Source: Dehalococcoidia bacterium (GTDB lineage: Bacteria; Chloroflexota; Dehalococcoidia; Lucifugimonadales; UBA6952). From it: a stretch of DNA of 64,000 bases. Position 1 is the first letter of the stretch; each line of letters opens with the position of its first letter. The DNA lies in assembly GCA_022450525.1 (NCBI GenBank), contig JAKUQA010000001.1, forward strand, positions 18,897 to 82,896, written 5' to 3'. A program made the translations under genes and the position numbers. Under the pieces are notes generated by a model. That model saw nothing but the letters and a program-made list of their open reading frames with translations, was not told the DNA's origin and made no database searches. Shown here in pieces: positions 18,895 through 26,922 of the stretch.

Positions 18895-20157
18895 TTATCC
18901 TTTCTTATTCTTAAGGAAATTTTCATTTAATCTCAATAACGATTGACCTAATAGTCTTATTCCTAAAACTATATCATCCATACTTGTCCATTCTTCTGGA
19001 CAATGACTTTTGCCTTCTAAACAGCGAATAAAAACCATACCTGCAGGAGTAATAGGTGCAATCCGCGCTGCATCATGCGACGCGCGACTTGGTAAATATT
19101 TTATTGGTATAGATAAATCTGTGAAAGCACTTTTCACAACATCTTGCATAAATAATGGTAAGGGTACAGGATCTTCTAGATGATCCCATGTTAGTTTAGA
19201 TTCTATTTTTCTCTTTTCTGAAATCTTTTCTACTTCTTCCTCTAAAGACTTTCTTACTAGAACCAAAGATTCTAAATCTGTACTTCTAACTTCCACACTC
19301 ATATCAACTTGGCCAGGAACAACATTAATCATATTAGGACTAACATTCATCCACCCCACCGTACCTACATTTTCTTCCGACATGCCCGTAGTCGTGACAA
19401 TTTTTTCAATAGCTATAACTAATTCTGCAGCAGCAACTAATGCATCTTTTCTATCTGGCATTGGTGTAGCCCCAGCATGTTCTGGTTGACCTATAAACTG
19501 TACAGTTCCTCGGCAAGGTCCAGCAATAGCAGTAACTATACCTGCAGCTAATTCTTCTTTTTCTAAAACTGCTCCTTGTTCAATATGTAATTCTAAATAT
19601 CCAGCAATCTGCCCTAAGGCTCTTTTTGCCTTGGATATATTTGAAGAATCACCTCCCAAGTCATCTATTGCTTTATGAATTGTTTCTCCAAATGGAGTAA
19701 TCACTCCCTCTAAATCTTTTTGAGTTATATCTCCTGCAATTATGCGACTTCCTACAGGACTTATAGGGACCGTTGGTTCTTCGCAAGTAAAATCTACGAT
19801 TTCCAAAGGTAGTGAAAGTTCAATATCTGAGTCCTGAAGACATCTAGCAATTTCAAGAGCTCCTAATACCCCCACTATACCATCAAATCTACCTCCCTCT
19901 ATTACTGTGTCGGAATGTGATCCCATCATAAATACTTGATCACCATCTCCTCCTCGTCTGCCAATAAGATTTGAAGCTGCATCATTATATACATCTAGCC
20001 CTGCTGCCCTAAATTGGTCAGCTAACCATTTCCTAGCTTCTTTATTTTGTAAAGAAAACGCTCGCCTTGTCCAAGGCGCCTCAGGATCAGTAAATGTTTC
20101 TAATATTTTAAAATCATTCTCTATTCTTTCAGGTTTGATCTCTAATATCTCATCCAT
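18895..20157 (-). CDS. M20-family amidase of the hydantoinase/carbamoylase type (allantoate, N-carbamoyl-amino-acid or beta-ureidopropionase-like amidohydrolase)
   Basis: GSHSDTVIEGGRFDGIVGVLGALE, ELHIEQG and HAGATPM. I place the start at the ATG at 20157 (MDEILE), which is preceded by AAGGA. The ORF-track start at 20196 is probably too long. Confidence 0.75.
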   Translation of the reverse strand: MDEILEIKPERIENDFKILETFTDPEAPWTRRAFSLQNKEARKWLADQFRAAGLDVYNDAASNLIGRRGGDGDQVFMMGSHSDTVIEGGRFDGIVGVLGALEIARCLQDSDIELSLPLEIVDFTCEEPTVPISPVGSRIIAGDITQKDLEGVITPFGETIHKAIDDLGGDSSNISKAKRALGQIAGYLELHIEQGAVLEKEELAAGIVTAIAGPCRGTVQFIGQPEHAGATPMPDRKDALVAAAELVIAIEKIVTTTGMSEENVGTVGWMNVSPNMINVVPGQVDMSVEVRSTDLESLVLVRKSLEEEVEKISEKRKIESKLTWDHLEDPVPLPLFMQDVVKSAFTDLSIPIKYLPSRASHDAARIAPITPAGMVFIRCLEGKSHCPEEWTSMDDIVLGIRLLGQSLLRLNENFLKNKKG

Positions 20158-20273
20158 AATTATCCTTACTAATACTATTTTTTGAAAACAAAACAAAATC
20201 TAGATACAATAACACATACTACTAGTAAAATTTAGTACAGTAAATATAATTTCTAATTTTAATTAAGGGGGGA

Positions 20274-20762
20274 ATGATGCCGTCTTTCCAAGTTGTTTCA
20301 AATACTGATTTAATGGAAGTTGATAATGCGATCAACAATGTTTTACGTGAAATTAAAAATAGATTTGACTTCAAGGGTTCTAATTGCAACATCGAAAGGT
20401 CTGAACACACCATGACAGTTACAGCAGATGACAATATGAAATTATCCCAACTTGATGATTTAATTCAAACAAACTTTATTCGAAGAGGAATAGATCAAAA
20501 AGCATTAGATTTTCAGACTGCAGATAAAGCAACAGGTGATTCATTAAGGCAACAAGTTATCATTAAAAATGGGATAGACAAAGAAACTGCTCAAAAAATA
20601 ACTAAAGCAATAAGAGGTACAAAAATTAAAGTTCAAACTGCTATAGAAGGTGAAGAACTTAGAGTATCGGGTAAAAATAGAGATGATTTGCAAAAAATCA
20701 TCCAATTTATTAAGGATATGGAAATTGATCAACCTTTACAGTATGTAAATTTTAGAGATTAA
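20274..20762 (+). CDS. yajQ: YajQ-family nucleotide-binding protein (UPF0234)
   Basis: MPSFQVVS..DLMEVDNAINNV.REI..RFDFKGS is the typical N-terminus. Length about 160 aa. Confidence 0.85.
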   Translation: MMPSFQVVSNTDLMEVDNAINNVLREIKNRFDFKGSNCNIERSEHTMTVTADDNMKLSQLDDLIQTNFIRRGIDQKALDFQTADKATGDSLRQQVIIKNGIDKETAQKITKAIRGTKIKVQTAIEGEELRVSGKNRDDLQKIIQFIKDMEIDQPLQYVNFRD

Positions 20763-20774
20763 TTAGGGATATAA

Positions 20775-22619
20775 ATGGCTATCTTGTCGACTTCAAAACT
20801 TCATTTGCATTATGGCGATATACCTATACTATCTAACATAAATTTAGATATAAATAAACGCTCTAGAATTGGACTTGTTGGGGCTAACGGGACTGGAAAA
20901 ACTTCATTAGTAAAGATTCTAGTTGGCGAGACAGATTTTCAACAAGGAGAGTTACTATTACAGAAAAATTTATCCATAGGTTATGTCCCTCAAACTGCCG
21001 AAGATATAAAATCTTCTTCTGTCAAAGCACATATTATGCATGTTTTTCAAAATATACTCGATTTAGAACATGAAATAGAAGATAGTTCAAAAACTCTGGA
21101 AAATAATAATAATCCTACAACTCAAAATACTCATCTCAATCTATTACATGAATACGAAATGATAGGTGGATACAGATACATAACCGAATTTAATAAAACC
21201 GTTACAGGGTTAAATCTAACATTAGATGTTCTAGAAAATTCCTTTAATTCTGCTAGTGGTGGTGAGAGAACAAAAGCAAATTTAGCAAAAGCTTTATTGC
21301 AAAAACCTGACTTGCTTATATTAGATGAGCCAACAAATTACCTGGATTTTGAAAGTTTACGATGGTTAGAAGACTTTATTAACCATTATGAGTCAGCAGT
21401 CTTAGTTGTTTCTCATGATAGACACTTTCTTGATCAAGTGACTACATCAATTTGGGAACTAGAAAACCAATCAATTACTACTTATCCTGGCAATTATACT
21501 AAATATAAAAAACTTAAGGCTGAATTTATATTGAGGCAGCAAAAAGAATATGATTCTCAAAAAGCATTTATAGAAAAAGAACAAGCATTTATAGATAAAT
21601 ATAGAGCTGGCCAAAAATCAAGGCAAGCTCATGGCCGAGAAACGAGATTAAATAGAATTCAGTTATTACAAGCACCAAATAAAACTCAGTCAATAAATTT
21701 ACCTGATCTAGAAACTAAGCGAACTGGTAGAGTTATTTTAAGCACACATGAAGCAAATGTTGGATTTATAGAAAAAAATAAAGAAACAGTCTTATTAACT
21801 GTTTCTGACATAGAATTACTTCGAGGAACTAAGACTGCTTTTGTAGGTAAAAATGGTATTGGTAAGACTACTTTCTTAAAAACTATTGTCGGAGAAATCC
21901 CCCCTTTAAATGGCATAATTAATTTTGGGCACCAAATATCATATGGATATGTAGATCAAAATTTATCATTTATTCCTGAAAATGTTGATGTATTAACTGC
22001 TTTTTTAGACGCAAAAAACATTCCAATAAACGAAGCACGCAGTTATCTAGCACGTTTTTTATTTATAGGTGAACAAGTTTTTCAAAATGTAGATTCATTA
22101 AGTGGGGGACAATTAACTAGATTACAAATTGCACGAACAATGATTCAAAATCCTAATTTTTTAATTTTGGATGAGCCAACAACACATTTAGATATCCAAA
22201 GTAGAGAAGCAATGGAAATAGTATTACAAAATTACGAAGGGGCAATATTATTTGTATCTCACGATCGTTTATTTATTAATAATATTGCAGAACAATTACT
22301 AATTGTAGAAAACAATCAGATAAATTTATTTAAAGGAACTTTCAACCAATGGGAAGAAATTACCAATAAATCTAATATAAAAAAGGGGAAAAACACTAAT
22401 CAGAATAACAAAAATAAATCTAAAAAAATAAACAAATATAAATTTGAACAACAAGAAAATCTTATTAAAGATTTAGAAAAGAAACTAAAAAATCTCGAAA
22501 TTAAACTAAATAATGCCACTAAAACACAAAATATTTCAGAGCTAACTGAATTTGGTCAGCAATACACCCTTATCGAAAAACAACTGAGTGATGAATTAGA
22601 AAAATGGGTGAATTTCTAA
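20775..22619 (+). CDS. ABC-F family ATPase (two ABC domains, no TM domain, Lys-rich coiled-coil tail)
   Basis: Walker A motifs GANGTGKTS and GKNGIGKTT. Signature motifs SGGERTKANLA and LSGGQLTRLQIA. Walker B motifs ILDEPTNYLD and ILDEPTTHLD. Confidence 0.88.
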   Translation: MAILSTSKLHLHYGDIPILSNINLDINKRSRIGLVGANGTGKTSLVKILVGETDFQQGELLLQKNLSIGYVPQTAEDIKSSSVKAHIMHVFQNILDLEHEIEDSSKTLENNNNPTTQNTHLNLLHEYEMIGGYRYITEFNKTVTGLNLTLDVLENSFNSASGGERTKANLAKALLQKPDLLILDEPTNYLDFESLRWLEDFINHYESAVLVVSHDRHFLDQVTTSIWELENQSITTYPGNYTKYKKLKAEFILRQQKEYDSQKAFIEKEQAFIDKYRAGQKSRQAHGRETRLNRIQLLQAPNKTQSINLPDLETKRTGRVILSTHEANVGFIEKNKETVLLTVSDIELLRGTKTAFVGKNGIGKTTFLKTIVGEIPPLNGIINFGHQISYGYVDQNLSFIPENVDVLTAFLDAKNIPINEARSYLARFLFIGEQVFQNVDSLSGGQLTRLQIARTMIQNPNFLILDEPTTHLDIQSREAMEIVLQNYEGAILFVSHDRLFINNIAEQLLIVENNQINLFKGTFNQWEEITNKSNIKKGKNTNQNNKNKSKKINKYKFEQQENLIKDLEKKLKNLEIKLNNATKTQNISELTEFGQQYTLIEKQLSDELEKWVNF

Positions 22620-22626
22620 AAGTTGA

Positions 22627-24588
22627 TTAAAACTCAGCATTTATTGCCGCATCATATCTTGCCATACAAGCTTCTAAGACAATTTCAATGTCATCATTAA
22701 GAAGATATTTCTGATCTACTAATTTTTTTGCTGATATGCGTACCAATTCAGAATATTTTTCTCTAGACTCATATCTTTCCTCTAAAGATCGTCTGGAATC
22801 TTGATTTTTTTTCTTATTGGCTTTTGTATTAGCAAAGGCAACAGAAATACCTTTCATAGGTATAATATCATCTGGAGAACCTGAATCTGGATGACGCAAA
22901 TTCCAGCCTGTGTGCGTACCAACTGGAACTTCTAAATCAGGCAAACGAATTCCACCGAGTTCATTTCCATCTGAATCAATGTTTGCAACATAATTTTGGT
23001 AGCGTCGGCCTTCTATTACTGGATAAAATCCTATCCCCAACTGAAAATGTTCATCCTCTTGTATTTCTCTAATTCCCCATAATTTATTTAGACTAGGATT
23101 TTCAATTCCTGGTACCATTGTAAATGCCTCCATGAATTCTGAAGGTAAAATTGCAGTACCATTATCAATGGAAGGATTTTTGCTAAGTGGTGGCTCAATC
23201 CCTTGTTGTACCCAAAGATCTAAATTTATAAGAGCAGCTCTCAAAAGTGGCCGATAGTCAACCACATTAAAAGTATATCTACCATTGACTTCATGAGCTC
23301 CTCCTCCCACTACAACCGTTTCTTCACCTAAATATCCAGCACCATGTTGTGTACCTGAAAAATGATACCTCCTAGACTCAGACGCTTGTTCTAAATCATA
23401 TCCATTCGGATGTATGTGGGCTAGAGATCCATCACCTCTCCAGTATTCTGAAGAAGAATTAGTATATATAATTTTAGGAACCTGATTTAATACTCGTAAT
23501 TTATTCAGTAATCCATCTTTTTTACCAGAATATATATCTTCAGAATCATTATCATCAAAAGGAAAGGTATGTCCAAAACCCGAAGCTGCTTGTTGCGAAG
23601 GCTGAGCAAACCTATGATTAAATTCACCCATACGACTTCCACCTACATGTGGAAGCATAGCATCGAATGCGATAGATCCATTTTCATCTGAATTCAAACC
23701 TAAATATAACAAATGCCTCAGCATTCGTGCTGTTTGAGAAACTCCATACGCATAAACATATTTAAACTTATTCCCAAATTGATTCACACTATTATCACTT
23801 TTCAAAAAAGATGCTGTATCTCGTAAGGATAGTAACCCGGTACCAACCACAGGTGCGATTTTTGGATGATACGACACATAATAATATTTACCAGGAATAA
23901 ATCCTTCAGGAAAATAAATATGATCTTGGTCAGGTTTAATTGTGCCATTTTCCTCGATTGCAAAATGCCATCTAGATCTATCTATTAGGGTATCCGGACC
24001 ATCTTCCCAATCTCGTACAATAAGTTTTGCGGTGTTATCGTCTAAATCTGCTACAGAGTATGGTATATGAATTCTATTTGCTAGCAACGCCCCAGTATGT
24101 ACAACATTAGGACTAATTTGTACGACAGTTTCTCCAGGCAATTCAAATTCTTCCATGTCCACATATGGAGGAATTAAGCCTAATAATTGTTCACTTTCTA
24201 CAACATCCCACTGCCAACCTATTGAAATCACCGAAAAACCATGACTCAGTAAAAAACCATCTCCTTCTGGTTGATCAGCTACATCAGATCGATTAAACGT
24301 TGGAATAACTCTCGCCCTTCCTCGATTTACTACATCAACAATAATTCTTTCACTTGCTTTGGTATTATCTTCAGGAGTAACCAATATAAACTTAGAAGAA
24401 AATTGCACAAATCCATCTGAATCCCTAGGAGCTAAGTCTAAATCTTTGATAGATAAATTTGCTGATATTGTTGGATCAACTTTAAAATCTAGATATCCCT
24501 TCAATTCAACATATCGTCCATATTTGCCATATGATTTACCCTTAGCATATATTTCTCTTGAATTTATTCTTACTCCACTAAGCGCCAT
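22627..24588 (-). CDS. Large (653 aa) cytoplasmic protein, alpha/beta-hydrolase-domain-like family
   Basis: No signal peptide. Possible nucleophile elbow YGVSQTA. The C-terminal segment SLEERYESREKYSELV...LL.DD resembles proteins I recall annotated as alpha/beta hydrolase domain-containing. Confidence 0.4.
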   Translation of the reverse strand: MALSGVRINSREIYAKGKSYGKYGRYVELKGYLDFKVDPTISANLSIKDLDLAPRDSDGFVQFSSKFILVTPEDNTKASERIIVDVVNRGRARVIPTFNRSDVADQPEGDGFLLSHGFSVISIGWQWDVVESEQLLGLIPPYVDMEEFELPGETVVQISPNVVHTGALLANRIHIPYSVADLDDNTAKLIVRDWEDGPDTLIDRSRWHFAIEENGTIKPDQDHIYFPEGFIPGKYYYVSYHPKIAPVVGTGLLSLRDTASFLKSDNSVNQFGNKFKYVYAYGVSQTARMLRHLLYLGLNSDENGSIAFDAMLPHVGGSRMGEFNHRFAQPSQQAASGFGHTFPFDDNDSEDIYSGKKDGLLNKLRVLNQVPKIIYTNSSSEYWRGDGSLAHIHPNGYDLEQASESRRYHFSGTQHGAGYLGEETVVVGGGAHEVNGRYTFNVVDYRPLLRAALINLDLWVQQGIEPPLSKNPSIDNGTAILPSEFMEAFTMVPGIENPSLNKLWGIREIQEDEHFQLGIGFYPVIEGRRYQNYVANIDSDGNELGGIRLPDLEVPVGTHTGWNLRHPDSGSPDDIIPMKGISVAFANTKANKKKNQDSRRSLEERYESREKYSELVRISAKKLVDQKYLLNDDIEIVLEACMARYDAAINAEF

Positions 24589-24606
24589 AATAGATCTCCC
24601 TACAAT

Positions 24607-24927
24607 TTACAGTTTCTCTTGGGCTCGTTTAATTCCACCAATAATAAGATTTTTTGGAGGCATGGGTTTCCATCCATCTAATGTATTATAATATCGGCAA
24701 CCTGAAGTATATTCTTCAGGTTCTTGGGGCCCATACTCGATATCCACTCCATTTGTTCTAATTGTTGGACATCCTAAGCTTTTTTTCTCTTTTGCATCTT
24801 CGAAATCTCGTGTTTCTACAGTTTGATATCCCGTACTAACACCGCATTCTGCTAAACATTCTTCCATCAACTGTAATATTTCATCTGTATGATCACAACT
24901 GGGTGACATATATACAACAATATCCAT
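24607..24927 (-). CDS. Small Cys-containing thioredoxin-fold-like protein (DUF2703-like)
   Basis: Length 106 aa. The pattern VYMSPSCDH...LGCPTIRTNG.DIEYG...SGCRYY resembles the DUF2703 layout. There is no CxxC motif. Confidence 0.35.
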   Translation of the reverse strand: MDIVVYMSPSCDHTDEILQLMEECLAECGVSTGYQTVETRDFEDAKEKKSLGCPTIRTNGVDIEYGPQEPEEYTSGCRYYNTLDGWKPMPPKNLIIGGIKRAQEKL

Positions 24928-24930
24928 TTT

Positions 24931-25203
24931 TTATCCCCCATATCTCCAATAATTATAGCGCTTCTTTTCGATAATTATATTCATTACCTGACATGCTACA
25001 AAACCTACAACTGAACCAATAATTATTCCTATGAATGAATATGACAAATATACATATATCACACCGGGATCGTTCTTTAAATCACTTCCCTGAATATATA
25101 CGTAAGTGAACATAGTTGCTATCAAGCCACCAATTGTAGCACCAACTAATATAAATAAAAGAAAAACTAAACACCCTTTAAAAAAATCAACTCCAGATTC
25201 CAT
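24931..25203 (-). CDS. Small membrane protein (90 aa, 2-3 predicted TM helices)
   Basis: Hydrophobic stretches CLVFLLFILVGATIGGLIATMF and LSYSFIGIIIGSVVGFVACQV. Only 3 nt separate it from the next gene. Confidence 0.5.
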   Translation of the reverse strand: MESGVDFFKGCLVFLLFILVGATIGGLIATMFTYVYIQGSDLKNDPGVIYVYLSYSFIGIIIGSVVGFVACQVMNIIIEKKRYNYWRYGG

Positions 25204-25220
25204 AATGAAAGTATAGGTAA

Positions 25221-26435
25221 TTACTGCCAGTAACTCAATATACTTTTATTCGTTAATATTTTTTTGACTATATTTCTCGTCCCGTTTAAAACAAGAATAG
25301 ATGTATTTATTGTGATAGCTATGGGTGGACTCGTGAAACCAGCTAATACTCCCAACATAAAACCTGATATTCCTGTTGCCCCCCAAGTTAAAATCTGAAA
25401 GCTAACAACTCGACCTCTCATTACATTAGGTACTATTGTTTGCATCAAAGAATGTAGCACTACTTCGTATGTTGCAACTGCTAAAAATACCAAACAATAC
25501 AAAAGCATCGACAATAATAAAATTTTTGACCAAACAAAACCTATCAAGAATAAACCAAATAAAATATATGTTAAATATAATATTAGCGTTCGGTTTTTTT
25601 TAATTCGATAATTAGATAATACTAACGTAGAAATTAATGCTCCGACTTGCCCAGATGCTAAAATATAACCAAGTTCTACAGAACCTCCTCCTAAGACATA
25701 TTTAGTTACTACCGGGACCATACTTTCATGTGCCCACCCAAAAACTTCAGAACTAAGTCCCAAAAGTAATAAAGAACGAATTCGTTTATTTTGTTTTATA
25801 TATGAAATCCCGTCTCTTAATTCTTGTATTGATGTGCGGTTACCATCAGTTATATTTTTAGATATACTCGGTAATCCTAACATTAATATCACACTAGAAA
25901 TAAATGCACATATAGACATTAATAAGTAAGTTGATTCAAACCCGTACCTATCAATTAAATTACCGCCAATAGCTGTAATGAAGATACCGGTAATAGTCAT
26001 ACAAGAAAAATTGATTGCCGTGGCACGAGAAAGATCTTTAGACCCCACCAAATCCATAGTAATTGTGCCGCCACACACAAATCTAAATGATGTACAACTT
26101 CCATCTATAAATGTAGTGAGTAACAAAATCCATATATTAATACTTCCTGTCCAAATAAAAAGCACTACTACAAGAAAAGTTATAGATAAAATAAAATGAC
26201 TGAGTGCTAAAATCTTTTTTCTATCCACCCTGTCGACGATTGATCCAGCTAACAAACTAGTAATAAGCATTCCTAGCCCACCACAACCTGCAGCTAAACC
26301 GACAAATATTGTTGAATCTGTTAAATCCAAAACTAACCAACCATTAGACGTAACAAATAACATTAGAGTTATATCTCTAAATGTTTGTGCAAAAACAAAG
26401 GTTCGAAAATTTCGATTTTTTAAAATTAAATCCAT
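25221..26435 (-). CDS. MFS transporter
   Basis: About 12 hydrophobic segments and a GSIVDRVDRKK loop motif (MFS D-R-x-x-R-like). Length 404 aa. Confidence 0.8.
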   Translation of the reverse strand: MDLILKNRNFRTFVFAQTFRDITLMLFVTSNGWLVLDLTDSTIFVGLAAGCGGLGMLITSLLAGSIVDRVDRKKILALSHFILSITFLVVVLFIWTGSINIWILLLTTFIDGSCTSFRFVCGGTITMDLVGSKDLSRATAINFSCMTITGIFITAIGGNLIDRYGFESTYLLMSICAFISSVILMLGLPSISKNITDGNRTSIQELRDGISYIKQNKRIRSLLLLGLSSEVFGWAHESMVPVVTKYVLGGGSVELGYILASGQVGALISTLVLSNYRIKKNRTLILYLTYILFGLFLIGFVWSKILLLSMLLYCLVFLAVATYEVVLHSLMQTIVPNVMRGRVVSFQILTWGATGISGFMLGVLAGFTSPPIAITINTSILVLNGTRNIVKKILTNKSILSYWQ

Positions 26436-26477
26436 GAATAATTCTTTGTAAATCTTGTGATGAATTGATGATTCAAT

Positions 26478-26858
26478 CTATTGAGAAACATTTATGTATA
26501 AATTCTCAGTTTTAGCAGCAGCAATAAGGTCATTTAAATGAAGGTTTTTTATTTTATGAGTCCACCACTTAATAGTAACTTTACCCCATTCTGTAATTAT
26601 TAAGGGATGATGTCCTTCTTCTTCTGCCATGTCTCCAATTAAATTAGAAAATTCTAAAGCAGATTTAAAATTATTAAATTTGTATATTCTCATTAATTTA
26701 GGAATATCATCTTCCTTAACAAGATCCCAATCATCAGATGTTTGTAAAAATTGATGAATCAGTCCATCATCAGCCTTGGGAGCTCCTCTATCACAAGCAA
26801 CACATTTTTGATTAGCTAATTCTTCCATTTTTCCTCTTTTATCTGATTTATCTGACAT
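26478..26858 (-). CDS. phhB: Pterin-4a-carbinolamine dehydratase (PCD/DCoH)
   Basis: W.L......L.R.YKF.NF..A..F.N.IG..AEEEGHHP...WGKV.I.W.TH pattern. Confidence 0.85.
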   Translation of the reverse strand: MSDKSDKRGKMEELANQKCVACDRGAPKADDGLIHQFLQTSDDWDLVKEDDIPKLMRIYKFNNFKSALEFSNLIGDMAEEEGHHPLIITEWGKVTIKWWTHKIKNLHLNDLIAAAKTENLYINVSQ

Positions 26859-26872
26859 TTTCTAATACTATT

Positions 26873-26903
26873 CGTTTATTATAATATATATTAATAATAA
26901 ACG
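26873..26903. promoter_or_regulatory. Perfect 10-bp inverted repeat CGTTTATTAT-N11-ATAATAAACG in the divergent phhB/adaptor intergenic region
   Basis: Arms at 26873-26882 and 26894-26903. A TATAAT hexamer (26880-26885) overlaps the left arm. Confidence 0.3.
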
Positions 26904-26922
26904 TTAAAAGAATTGAGTAAGT

